A stretch of DNA of 64,000 nt from Thermodesulfobacteriota bacterium (GCA_965215275.1 OZ244044.1:1376001-1440000); one strand, 5' to 3'. Counted from the stretch's first letter, positions 28,966-38,515 are shown. Notes: a model not told the origin generated them from the letters alone. Numbers and translations: made by a program.

Positions 28966-29672
28966 ATGAGTAACCTGAAAGATTTTGTTTCATTTGCCGA
29001 ATCTGAACTCGGTGGTGATGGGGGGGGGGGGGGATTCTTAACGAGAGTGGCAATATTCTTTACAGTAGTGCATCAACTCTTCGACGTAGTAATACATCAA
29101 CCCTTCAACGCGGTCCTGTATACCTCTTAGGAACAAATCCGGGTGGAGACCCAAAAGAATATAAATATAACACCATACAAGATACTTTAGATGCACTTCC
29201 CAATAAGACAGAGAATAGCTACATCGATGAAAAGTGGGGGCGTCGCCCGGGGAAACAGAAACACCCGTTGCAACGTCGTGTAATATGGCTTCTTAATGAC
29301 CTTGACAATAATGGATTAAAAACCAAAGATGTTTGTGCGTCTAATTTAATTTTCCAACGAAGCAGAAATACAAAAAGAAAAAATATAGATTTTAAGAAGT
29401 GTGCTGATATTTGTTGGCCCGTCCATGAAAGAATATTGCAAGTGGTTTCACCTAGTTTAATTATTGCGTTCGGTATTGAAACGTACAGTTATTTAAGAAA
29501 TAAATTAGGAAATGGGAATGAAATCACATTTCCATCAGGTCACGGAACCTGGGAATGCAGATCATTTAGATCTGATTCAGATATTTTGGTAGTAGGTTTA
29601 CCTCATTTAAGCCGTTACGCAGTAGATCGCCATGATAACGTAAAAATATGGATACAACGCCAAAAATGGTAA
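28966..29672 (+). CDS. Uracil-DNA glycosylase superfamily protein, frameshifted at a G14 tract (phase-off allele or pseudogene)
   Basis: ATG 28966 frame stops at TAG 29128-30; the frame from 29034 reads ILNESG...VYLLGTNPGG...SNLIFQRS...IIAFG...GLPHLS to 29672; G12 or G15 would join them into ~235 aa. Confidence 0.75.
29020..29033 (+). repeat. G14 homopolymer
   Basis: ggtgat-G14-attctt. Confidence 0.9.
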
Positions 29673-29738
29673 AGCAGTAAAATGACAAATCACGGAATTT
29701 TGTAGACTGCAGCAATTTATTACATTTTAATTTTCTGC

Positions 29739-31319
29739 CTACTTTGCTGTCAAAAATGTAAGCCGTGATAAAGCAAATTCCACTCCGTGTTTTGAATACT
29801 CACCCATAAGTGCGAACTGCATTAAATTCCGTTCGGTCAGATATCTGCTGCGGTAGCTAATATAAATACCTTGATTTTCCAGTTTCTTGCCCAGCTTTAA
29901 TGGATCGATCCCCTCCGGGATTTTAAAGGTAACGATAGCGGGAGAGCAGTCGGTGTTTTTCCCAACTACTTCCAATCCCATATCCTTCAGCTTGTTCCTT
30001 ATTATAACGGAACACTCTTGAGACCTTTCTGAATTGGCTTCAACGTCCGTCAGTTCCAGTGCTTTACTTACCGCGTAAAGCAGATTGGAAGACAGTGTGT
30101 ATGGAACACCTTTTGCGGTAACGTAACTGTTCAGATCCAGATATCTGGGAAGGTTTTTTCTTTTCGGCAGGATAAGATGGTTGTAAAAAACAAAGGAAAG
30201 TCCCGGGTAAGAGGCAAGTCCTTTTCCGCTGACACCCGTGGCCATATAAGCTTTTTTTAAATCAACCGGCACCGTTCCCAGAGAACTTATACAGTCAACG
30301 AGTGATTTGACCGAATTATCAGCACATATATCTGTAATACCTTTTAGATTATTAAGCACGCCAGTTGAAGTCTCGCAATGAACAAACCATAACCATTCAA
30401 AACCGTTTTTTAAAAGGTCTGATATCTTTTCATTTTGTAACGGGTCTCCCCACGCCACTGAATAAGTTGCAAAGTCCAGGTCAGATCTCTCGGCGTGATC
30501 TATCAACCTGTCACCAAATTCACCGTTTGAAAGTATCAATCCTTTCCCTTCCAAAGTTGACAGATGAGCTGCCACAACGTCGTTTGCCAGTGTGCCGGAC
30601 CCCATTAGGGTCTGAGTAGACTTGCAATTTACCAGCTGCGATAATTTTTTCTGAACTTTTTCAAGTTCTTTCTCAAATTTCTCCGACCTGTGTGAAACGG
30701 GGGGTTTTGCAAACTCTTCCTTTACCTCTGTCTTTACATTTACCGGTCCCGGCTGGTAGAAATATTTTTGTGGAATCTCCTTATCGCTTAATATCCTGGA
30801 ACTATTCTTGAACTTTCCGTAGGAATCGCAGGTCAGGTACATGGGCTGAAAACTGGCTCCGTTTTTTCCCACAAGAGGACCGAATTTCGTAAAACCCAGT
30901 CTTTTGTACAGGCTGAGCTCTTTTATACTTGCCGATATGACGGCCAGGTCGTAGTAATTATTTTCGCAGTAACGGGCGAGGTATTTAAAAAGTCCCTTTA
31001 TTACCTTTTTCTTTCTGTATTTTTTTCTTATTGCGAGAAGCCTCAGTTCGCAGAGCGACCTTGATCCCGGCAGATGATCGTCCAGATCTTTCAGCTTGTT
31101 GTCTAGGGAAAAAGGACGTTTGTCCCTTACTGCTATCATTCCCGCCAGACCGTGTTCATTGAGACAGACTATATAGGTATTTTCATTATGGAACTTATCA
31201 ACCAGAAGTCCGGTGGAATTGCTTTCGTGTTGAGGGATCTCTTCAACAAAGGTCTCATAGTTGAGCTTATGTATTTCCTGGAATTCCCAATCCTTGTTTG
31301 CTATCTTAAAACTGACCAT
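29739..31319 (-). CDS. GNAT-like acyltransferase fused to a class V PLP aminotransferase (PhnW/AGT-like)
   Basis: N-term ELRLLAI..YR, LYKRLGF; C-term PGP, GSGT, NGEFG, HCETSTG, DCISS, VSGKG. Confidence 0.85.
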   Translation of the reverse strand: MVSFKIANKDWEFQEIHKLNYETFVEEIPQHESNSTGLLVDKFHNENTYIVCLNEHGLAGMIAVRDKRPFSLDNKLKDLDDHLPGSRSLCELRLLAIRKKYRKKKVIKGLFKYLARYCENNYYDLAVISASIKELSLYKRLGFTKFGPLVGKNGASFQPMYLTCDSYGKFKNSSRILSDKEIPQKYFYQPGPVNVKTEVKEEFAKPPVSHRSEKFEKELEKVQKKLSQLVNCKSTQTLMGSGTLANDVVAAHLSTLEGKGLILSNGEFGDRLIDHAERSDLDFATYSVAWGDPLQNEKISDLLKNGFEWLWFVHCETSTGVLNNLKGITDICADNSVKSLVDCISSLGTVPVDLKKAYMATGVSGKGLASYPGLSFVFYNHLILPKRKNLPRYLDLNSYVTAKGVPYTLSSNLLYAVSKALELTDVEANSERSQECSVIIRNKLKDMGLEVVGKNTDCSPAIVTFKIPEGIDPLKLGKKLENQGIYISYRSRYLTERNLMQFALMGEYSKHGVEFALSRLTFLTAK

Positions 31320-31360
31320 ACCTATCTGTACTGAGAAACATTACGCGTAAATAACTTCGG

Positions 31361-31768
31361 TCACTGCTGCTGAAGAAAACGTTTTTCCATTTCCGGAGAA
31401 GGGACCATACACTGGGACCTTCTGCCAAACCATCTGTAACGGTTTTTTGCCACAAGGTCATAAAAGAAGTTCCTGACGGGGCGTGGAACGATAATAAAAA
31501 AGTAAAAAAGGCTCCATATACCGTTAAGTTCTTTCAGTACCCTGAGAGCTGCATCTGACTTAACGTAGTATTTATTTCCGTCTATAAGGACCATGGAAGT
31601 GTATTCTGTGGTCTTTATATCAAGCTCTTCTTGAAGGCTTTTGCCGATTTCTGATTGAAGGGAGGCGAACTTGAACTTTGCCTCTGGGTCTCTTCTGATC
31701 GTGAACACGACGAACTCATTGCATAAATTACAGACGCCGTCAAAAAGTATGCTCAGCCGTTTATTCAT
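31361..31768 (-). CDS. DCC1-like thiol-disulfide oxidoreductase
   Basis: FDGVCNLC, FASLQS, YDLVAKNRYRWFG; ATG 31768 preferred as start. Confidence 0.9.
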   Translation of the reverse strand: MNKRLSILFDGVCNLCNEFVVFTIRRDPEAKFKFASLQSEIGKSLQEELDIKTTEYTSMVLIDGNKYYVKSDAALRVLKELNGIWSLFYFFIIVPRPVRNFFYDLVAKNRYRWFGRRSQCMVPSPEMEKRFLQQQ

Positions 31769-31823
31769 AGAGGATCTAAGTATAAATATGATTAGGGAAA
31801 CTTCAAACTTGTAAAAACTGCTG

Positions 31824-32765
31824 CTATCTGGCAGGCTGTCTTTTTCTTGCTCTCTGGTTAACTCCAAGATGCTGCTGATCTCTCAGCTTTGCAAGTTTTA
31901 TCTGCCTGTTCCTTTCCTCAAGTGATCTTCTTCTTTTGACCGTGATCTTATCAAAGCATCTCGGGCATGATACTCCTTCCTCGTAGTGTTCGGACCGTTT
32001 ATCTTCGGAGGAGACCGGGTAACGACAGTTGTGACACAGGTCGTAAGTACCGTTTGCCAGATCGTGGTTCACTGAGGTCCTGTTATCAAAAACAAAACAC
32101 TCACCTTCCCACGAACTTTCATCTTTGGGGATTTCTTCAAGGTATTTAAGTATTCCTCCTCTCAGCTGATAAACGTTGGAGAAACCTTCTCGAAGCATAT
32201 AGGACGATGCCTTTTCGCATCTGATCCCGCCAGTGCAGAACAGTGCGACTTTGCTGTGTTTTTCTGGATCAAGTCTTTCTTTTGTAAAAGCCGAAAATTC
32301 CCTGAAATTCCGTGTTTTGGGATTTAACGCGTTCTTGAACGTTCCTATATCCACTTCGTAATCGTTCCTGACGTCGATCAGTAAAGTATAAGGGTCTTCG
32401 ATAAGCCTGTTCCAGTCCGCCGGACTTACGTAAGTTCCCGTTTGATCTTTCAGATCAAGGTTTTCAACCCCAAGTGGCACGAGTTCATCTTTGATCTTTA
32501 CCTTCATTCTGTAAAAGGGCATCTTACGGTCGTAGGAATATTTGCATTCAATGCTTCCAAGCTGCATTTCGTTCTTTAGGAAACCGGCTATGGAGTTAAT
32601 ACTGCGTTCCTCTCCCGCAACGGTGCCGTTGATACCTTCACTTGCTATGATAAAAGTTCCCTTTATATCAAGCGATACACACCTTGGAAGTAATTTCTCT
32701 TTGAACTGTCTCGTATCTTTTATTGTCTCGAACTTATACAGAGACAGAACAGCGACCTGTTTCAT
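31824..32765 (-). CDS. trhO: tRNA uridine(34) hydroxylase, rhodanese family
   Basis: EGINGT, DVRNDYE, FCTGGIRCEKA, GGILKY, CFVFDNR. Confidence 0.9.
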   Translation of the reverse strand: MKQVAVLSLYKFETIKDTRQFKEKLLPRCVSLDIKGTFIIASEGINGTVAGEERSINSIAGFLKNEMQLGSIECKYSYDRKMPFYRMKVKIKDELVPLGVENLDLKDQTGTYVSPADWNRLIEDPYTLLIDVRNDYEVDIGTFKNALNPKTRNFREFSAFTKERLDPEKHSKVALFCTGGIRCEKASSYMLREGFSNVYQLRGGILKYLEEIPKDESSWEGECFVFDNRTSVNHDLANGTYDLCHNCRYPVSSEDKRSEHYEEGVSCPRCFDKITVKRRRSLEERNRQIKLAKLRDQQHLGVNQRARKRQPAR

Positions 32766-32772
32766 TTTAAAA

Positions 32773-33621
32773 TCAGTTATAACGGCTTTTCAGCCTTTTC
32801 CATTCTTCCAGGAATTTAGACAGGTGCCTTCTTTCTTCTTTTTTAGATTCTGACACGAGCATCTGCTTGACCCGGTCCTGTTCCTCTTTATATTGCTCAC
32901 TGCTGAGCAGTCCGGAAAAGTGCACCATCCTCAGCCATACAAGATAGGTCGTTAAAGCGTCAAATTCGTTATACGCAATTATCTCGTTTATCCTTCCTTC
33001 CAGCCACATGGGGGCTACTTCATCTCCTGTAACTCCCAGCTTGCCTGGAATACCTGAAACAGTGGCAATTTCATTTAAGGACGGGGTTGACTTTCCCCAT
33101 CCACTTATGATCCTCATAAGATCAACGTTGTAGTCGTTCCTGTCTGAATAATAATCCGGAGAATCCTCCCAGGGTTTGTCAGGTCTGGTGCAGAATTCCC
33201 CTGCCGAGATCCCATTGGCTATACCTCTTTGGACCAGGATCTTCAGGTCCGCGGATATGGAATTGTACCCTACTATCTGTGGTTTGGCTTTTCCGAGTGC
33301 GTTAAGGAACGTCTGTATTATATATTTCTCTTCAGCCTCTTCGGATTTAACCGGGATCGAAGGCAGAGAATGCAGTCTAACCTGTACGTCGCCATTGTCC
33401 TCATGTCTTGTAACCATTGAAAGGGACAGTATTTTACAGATGGTCGTTTTCAGAAACGGCATAGGGTTATCCTCTGTTGCACCTCCGTTTTTCCACATTT
33501 CCCTGAGGACCTCTTCGTCAGGCGTTTCTTCAGGAAGGTCGTACAGCAGTTTTCCAGCTACGGTATCAGGTACCCATTCTATGTCGAATACCCATACCTT
33601 GTTTTTGATCGTTCTTATCAT
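32773..33621 (-). CDS. Predicted 3'-5' exonuclease, PolB-like
   Basis: FDIEW, VGYN, VDLM, GIPGK, YNEFD. Confidence 0.85.
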   Translation of the reverse strand: MIRTIKNKVWVFDIEWVPDTVAGKLLYDLPEETPDEEVLREMWKNGGATEDNPMPFLKTTICKILSLSMVTRHEDNGDVQVRLHSLPSIPVKSEEAEEKYIIQTFLNALGKAKPQIVGYNSISADLKILVQRGIANGISAGEFCTRPDKPWEDSPDYYSDRNDYNVDLMRIISGWGKSTPSLNEIATVSGIPGKLGVTGDEVAPMWLEGRINEIIAYNEFDALTTYLVWLRMVHFSGLLSSEQYKEEQDRVKQMLVSESKKEERRHLSKFLEEWKRLKSRYN

Positions 33622-33726
33622 GTCCGAGTTTTCTTAATTATCCTCCACTATATGAAAATCCATACTGATCACTTTTACAGCAGACGTTGTCTGGTAAGAT
33701 CGCTGCTGTGACGGGGGTTATTTACC

Positions 33727-36213
33727 TTACATTTTATACGTCAGTTCCAGACCGTAGACCTTTCCTTTTGCCAGCGGTGAGAAGGTGCCTCCCAGCGGCT
33801 GTTGTATCAGCAGTGTTTCTGTAAGTCGTAACGTTAAATTTTCTGGAAGGAAGCTGTGTCCACCGTACCTGACCTCATCAAGTAGGTTCTTGCCATATAA
33901 ACCTAATGACCAGTTCCCTTCATTGGGAGACAGTTTCAGACCTATGTCAAATATGTTTTGTTCCGATAAAACCCCTGCGTTGTCCTCGGTAAGGAACGAT
34001 TTGCTTCGGTAAGCGTAATTAACATGGGAACCGACCTTACCCCACTGACCAAGTTTTGTATTAAGAAGAAGACCCAGACTGTAAGTCCACTTAGGAGAAC
34101 GAGGCAGGTCAAGGTTTTTGTCTTCATCATTTGCAACCCCGTCACCGTTCAGATCAAATCTGACCTTGGTATATTCCGTGTCTATATAACCCAGCGTTCC
34201 AAGCAGGATAACGTTCCTGCTCAATGCAAGCTGTCCATCCAGTTCGAACCCGAATGCCTCAGCGTCTCCCACGTTCTTTATGGCCTGTACGGTCGATGCA
34301 ACGGGGTCTAAAACGGATATGACCTGCTGTACGTCATTTATGCGGTTGTAAAAGAACGAAGTGGAAAGACGAGCGAACTTCCAGTAAGACTTGTATCCGA
34401 CTTCAAAGCTGTCCACGGTTTCCGTATCGTATGGTCTCAGGACGCTGATATTAGGGTCGGGATTATCGTTGTTAACGTGCCGCACGTTATAACCTCCGGA
34501 GCGAACGCCTCTTGCCCAGTGGCCATAGACGTTAGCAATATCCATAATCCTGTACGTAATACCTGCCTTGGGAGACAGATCGTCCCAGGTCTGCGAATCT
34601 TCAAAATCAACGGGGCAGTCTGGTCCAGTAACGATGTTGCAGGGGCTCAGGGTCTGAGCTATTATATCGACAACGTCGCTCTGACCGGGAACAAAGGTGA
34701 CCCGGGCTTTCTTTTTTTCATTGGTATATCTGGTTCCGGCGATAAAGGTCATCCGATCGGTGATCTTATAATCCAGGGCCATGAACAGTCCCAATGATCT
34801 CAGGTCGTAGTCGCCTCCTCCGTTCAGACCCAGGGAAGTAATAAGGCCGTTATCCAGTGCTGCAATTATAGAAGCAGACGTTACCCCTGGTGGCAGCGGC
34901 AGATCAAGCTGGGGGTTTGACAGGAACCCGCGTATCAGGGCTACTACCTCGGGAGTGGTGAAGAGATCACCAAGAACTGAACGTCGCTCATGATAATAAG
35001 TTCTGTTTTTGTAGTAATATAAACCCGTTGTCAGGTGCAGTTTATCAAAGAACGTACCCGTGTAACGCAGTTCGTTACTGTACTGATAGGCGTCGAACCA
35101 GCCGGTGGCGTGAACTATGTTGTGTGGAGAGGCATCAAGATCGAGCGTTGCTGCTCCTTTAGAATCAAACCAGCCAAAGATATTAGTTATGGTCCCTTCG
35201 CCAAAATTAACGTCCCAATCCGCCCGGGTGCTGAAAAAGTGGGTCTTGGACCGTCTGTATCCCTCTTCATTAATGCTGAAGTCAAAACTGTTAAAATCAT
35301 AGTAAGATAAAGGATTTAACTCTGCGTCTCGTCTGCCTCTTATGTCGTTATCTCTTAAACTGTCCGGACCTACGAGGCTCTGTGCCGCCGGACCATCTCC
35401 ATCTGCGTCCTGGTACTCATAACGCATGACCAGACTTATGTTTTCCGTGGGGTCCCACGCTACCACCGGTCTGATCATAAAGGTATCCTGTTTACCAAAA
35501 GCCTCACCTGTGTTGATATTTTTGAAGTATCCCCCGTCCTGATTGGTATAAACTGAAAATCTGAACCCTAAAGTATCGCTCATTGGTCCCCCAAAACTGG
35601 TAGTCAGGTAGGTGTTTGGCTCCTCACCTCCCCCTTCAACTGAGGAACGGAAGAAAAACTCGACCTGGTCGCTGGGTTTTCTGGTTCTCAGCAGTATGGC
35701 ACCGGCACTTACGTTCCTGCCGAACAGGTTTCCCTGAGGTCCGCGGAGTACCTCTATACTTTCCAGATCGAACGTGTCGAACAGGGATGAAGTGTTCAGT
35801 CCCATGTAAACGCCGTCAATAAATATCCCTACGGTTGGATCAATGGAAGGTATGGAACTGTTTATACCCAGACCACGAATTGAGAAATTGGCAATACCCC
35901 TTACCGTTCCCACGTCGTCAAGTGCAACGTTGGGCATGTTTACCGCCAGACTTGTCAGGTCGCGCACCTGTCGGTCCTCTATCTGATGGGCGTCAATGTG
36001 TGATATTGACAGGGGTACGTCCTGTATTACCTCTACTTTTTTTCTTGCGGTGACCTTTATTTCTTCCAGAGAACCGCTGTAATGATCATCGTCTTCCTGA
36101 ACATCCTGTGCTTTTACAGGTACTGGTGATATCACCCAGCTGCCAGCGATCAGCAGCACCAGGGCGACAATCCACCTGCTCAGCTGGTATTTGAACGTAT
36201 TTTTAATGAACAT
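33727..36213 (-). CDS. TonB-dependent receptor
   Basis: Signal peptide, LEEIKVTARK TonB box, IEVLRGPQG plug motif, beta-barrel C-terminus GLELTYKM. Confidence 0.93.
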   Translation of the reverse strand: MFIKNTFKYQLSRWIVALVLLIAGSWVISPVPVKAQDVQEDDDHYSGSLEEIKVTARKKVEVIQDVPLSISHIDAHQIEDRQVRDLTSLAVNMPNVALDDVGTVRGIANFSIRGLGINSSIPSIDPTVGIFIDGVYMGLNTSSLFDTFDLESIEVLRGPQGNLFGRNVSAGAILLRTRKPSDQVEFFFRSSVEGGGEEPNTYLTTSFGGPMSDTLGFRFSVYTNQDGGYFKNINTGEAFGKQDTFMIRPVVAWDPTENISLVMRYEYQDADGDGPAAQSLVGPDSLRDNDIRGRRDAELNPLSYYDFNSFDFSINEEGYRRSKTHFFSTRADWDVNFGEGTITNIFGWFDSKGAATLDLDASPHNIVHATGWFDAYQYSNELRYTGTFFDKLHLTTGLYYYKNRTYYHERRSVLGDLFTTPEVVALIRGFLSNPQLDLPLPPGVTSASIIAALDNGLITSLGLNGGGDYDLRSLGLFMALDYKITDRMTFIAGTRYTNEKKKARVTFVPGQSDVVDIIAQTLSPCNIVTGPDCPVDFEDSQTWDDLSPKAGITYRIMDIANVYGHWARGVRSGGYNVRHVNNDNPDPNISVLRPYDTETVDSFEVGYKSYWKFARLSTSFFYNRINDVQQVISVLDPVASTVQAIKNVGDAEAFGFELDGQLALSRNVILLGTLGYIDTEYTKVRFDLNGDGVANDEDKNLDLPRSPKWTYSLGLLLNTKLGQWGKVGSHVNYAYRSKSFLTEDNAGVLSEQNIFDIGLKLSPNEGNWSLGLYGKNLLDEVRYGGHSFLPENLTLRLTETLLIQQPLGGTFSPLAKGKVYGLELTYKM

Positions 36214-36313
36214 GACTTCCTCCTGACTGAACTGAACCAGATAGTTTATATTGTACTATTTAAATCTTACTATACAACCCTGATAGTTGTTTCATCACCC
36301 GTAATTTCCGCGG

Positions 36314-36838
36314 TCACTTCACTTTTTTAGAGTAGGCGTATAAAAATAAAACTGCAGACAGGAGAACTGGAAAAAGAAGGATCGCCTGAGCGGTTACTAC
36401 CGTGTGAGACCTCCTTTCTGAAAAACCCTTGTCAAAGATCAGCGTTAATTTCTTACTGTGTCTTCCGTTGCTGACTGAAGCTGAAAATCCATAATTACCC
36501 GCTTTTGGTAAATTGACCTGATAGACCGCTTTGCCGGTCCTTCCTCTGTAGCTGTACTGTTTTTTCTCGTTAACTTTACTGATGGGCATGGAAGTCCCGT
36601 TATTATCCTTTACGGTTAAAGTCAAATGGTATCCGTTATAATGAACTTTGTCGTTACCTTCATAGTAGATCTGGTATATGTCTCCCTTTTCCGTGTTTAT
36701 GATGGTTTGTCCGGGTGCGTAAATTGGAACGAGCAGGTCGTTCAGGGACATGTAGCCTCTGTACACGTAACCTGCAAATGCCGCAAAACCGGCAACGGCA
36801 ATAATTATGGATAACAGATAAAAGTGTTTGGCGTTCAT
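36314..36838 (-). CDS. Hypothetical membrane protein (N- and C-terminal TM helices)
   Basis: Hydrophobic termini around a soluble beta-rich domain. Confidence 0.7.
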   Translation of the reverse strand: MNAKHFYLLSIIIAVAGFAAFAGYVYRGYMSLNDLLVPIYAPGQTIINTEKGDIYQIYYEGNDKVHYNGYHLTLTVKDNNGTSMPISKVNEKKQYSYRGRTGKAVYQVNLPKAGNYGFSASVSNGRHSKKLTLIFDKGFSERRSHTVVTAQAILLFPVLLSAVLFLYAYSKKVK

Positions 36839-36847
36839 CCAGGATTA

Positions 36848-37978
36848 TCAGATCAGTTTATCTATTTCGGCAAATAACAGGGATATTTCTTCATCAGTAT
36901 TATAAAAATGAGGAGATACCCGCAGTCCGCCGCCCCTTACGTTCACCAGTATGTTCTTGTCTTTCAACTTCAGCTTCAGTCCGTATGGATCAAATGAGCC
37001 GGAGAATGATATAGCTCCTCCTCTTTTGTTCCTGTCCTGCGGAGTTATAAGGTGAAATTTCCTGCTCCTGGCCTCTTCTATTATCAGGTCGCCAAGCCTG
37101 TATATTTCGTTGCTGATATTATTGATCCCTGCTTCCATCAGCAGTTCAAGGGACGCTCCAAGTGCAAGGATACCGACAGCCGGGAGAGAACCCTCCTCGA
37201 ACTTCAGAGCGCTGGGTTTTAACGAAAGGTCTATATTTTCATACTCGTATTCATTTATCACGCTCTTCCACCCGACCAGAGGTGGACCTATCTGGTCAGT
37301 GACCTCCCGGTTACAGTAGAAGATCCCGGTTCCCTCGGGTGACAGCATCCATTTATGTCCATCCGCTGCCAGAAAATCTATATTACACCGTTTTACGTCA
37401 ATCGGGATAATTCCCAGACTTTGTATGCAGTCCACAAAGAAAAGAACGTTATTTTCCCTGCACAGTTTTCCTATCGTTTCGATGTCCGCTCTGAAGCCGG
37501 TCGTGAACTGAACTGAACTTATGGAGACCAGACGGGTGGAAGCGTCCGAAAGTTCCATAACGTCGTCAGGTGTAATTTCTGTACGTTCAGGCTTTATGAA
37601 CTTTACCTTTACTCCTCGTGTTTCAAGATCAAGCCAGGGGTATACGTTTGATGGAAATTCTTTTTCATAGATAATTACCGAATCTCCTTTTTTCCAGTTT
37701 ATTCCAGACGCAGCAAGTGAGATACCATGAGAGGTATTTCTTACAAAAGCTATTTCCTTTGCGTCCGACCCGATCAGTTTTGCAAAGTTCTCCCTGACCT
37801 TTTCTATTTTTTTAACCCATTCTTCGTATGCAGATCCCGCCTTGACGGCAGCTTCGTTCAGGAAATCATTAGATGCTTCAACTGCTCTCAAAGACACGGG
37901 TGCAACGGCTGAATGGTCAAGGTATATATAGTGTTTTGTGATGGGAAATAATTTTCTTATCTCTGATTTGTTGTCCAT
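36848..37978 (-). CDS. Class V PLP aminotransferase / cysteine desulfurase-like
   Basis: YLDHSA, NTSHG, EFPSN, DCIQ, DGHKW, RVSPHFYN. Confidence 0.9.
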   Translation of the reverse strand: MDNKSEIRKLFPITKHYIYLDHSAVAPVSLRAVEASNDFLNEAAVKAGSAYEEWVKKIEKVRENFAKLIGSDAKEIAFVRNTSHGISLAASGINWKKGDSVIIYEKEFPSNVYPWLDLETRGVKVKFIKPERTEITPDDVMELSDASTRLVSISSVQFTTGFRADIETIGKLCRENNVLFFVDCIQSLGIIPIDVKRCNIDFLAADGHKWMLSPEGTGIFYCNREVTDQIGPPLVGWKSVINEYEYENIDLSLKPSALKFEEGSLPAVGILALGASLELLMEAGINNISNEIYRLGDLIIEEARSRKFHLITPQDRNKRGGAISFSGSFDPYGLKLKLKDKNILVNVRGGGLRVSPHFYNTDEEISLLFAEIDKLI

Positions 37979-38141
37979 TTTGCTGCTGATATTTCTCTTT
38001 CTGTATTTCCTCTGTATATGTTTTTAATTATAACGGAAAAACCCCCTTATATCATTTAAAAAAGGAATTTTAAATTTGTTATTGACAAAGATTTTTTAGT
38101 ATGGAATAGTTAAGCATTGAATTTTTTGGAGGTATGTATTA

Positions 38142-38345
38142 TTGAAACAAGGTACTGTAAAGTGGTTTAACAGCACGAAGGGTTATGGTTTTATAGTTTC
38201 GGATGAAGATGGGGAAGAGGTTTTTGTTCATTACAGCACGATCGAAGGTGAAGGATATAAGAGCTTGAACGAAGGTGACGTCGTTCAGTTCGAATCTTCC
38301 ACAGGTCCAAAAGGGCCTTCCACGACTAAAGTAGTAAAAGTTTAA
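38142..38345 (+). CDS. Cold-shock protein
   Basis: GTVKWFN..KGYGFI, VFVHYS; GGAGG RBS, TTG start. Confidence 0.95.
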   Translation: MKQGTVKWFNSTKGYGFIVSDEDGEEVFVHYSTIEGEGYKSLNEGDVVQFESSTGPKGPSTTKVVKV

Positions 38346-38515
38346 ATTACCAGTTACGACTTAGTTTTTGCTCACTTTCTGTTCTCATGCCAATTAACGT
38401 TTTATTATTGGTGACGGGTGTTTTGTGTCTTAAATCCAGCATCCTTAAATGAACTTATTGAAAAAGCCGAGATTAATAATTAATCTATAGCTTTATTTTA
38501 TGTTACGTTCGTAAG

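Larger units (their letters stand above)
23850..29730. other. AT-rich accessory island between cimA and the GNAT-aminotransferase gene
   Basis: Visibly more AT-rich than its flanks; hypothetical/Nmad/UDG-like genes, pseudogene fragments and homopolymer tracts; no integrase seen. Confidence 0.75.

Noticed and set aside
29268..29672. 134-aa ORF as a complete gene
   Set aside because: It lacks an RBS and the GTNPGG motif; it is the 3' part of the frameshifted gene starting at 28966
33677..33709. acagcag...ctgctgt hairpin as terminator of the TonB receptor gene
   Set aside because: Long loop and no U-tract on the coding strand
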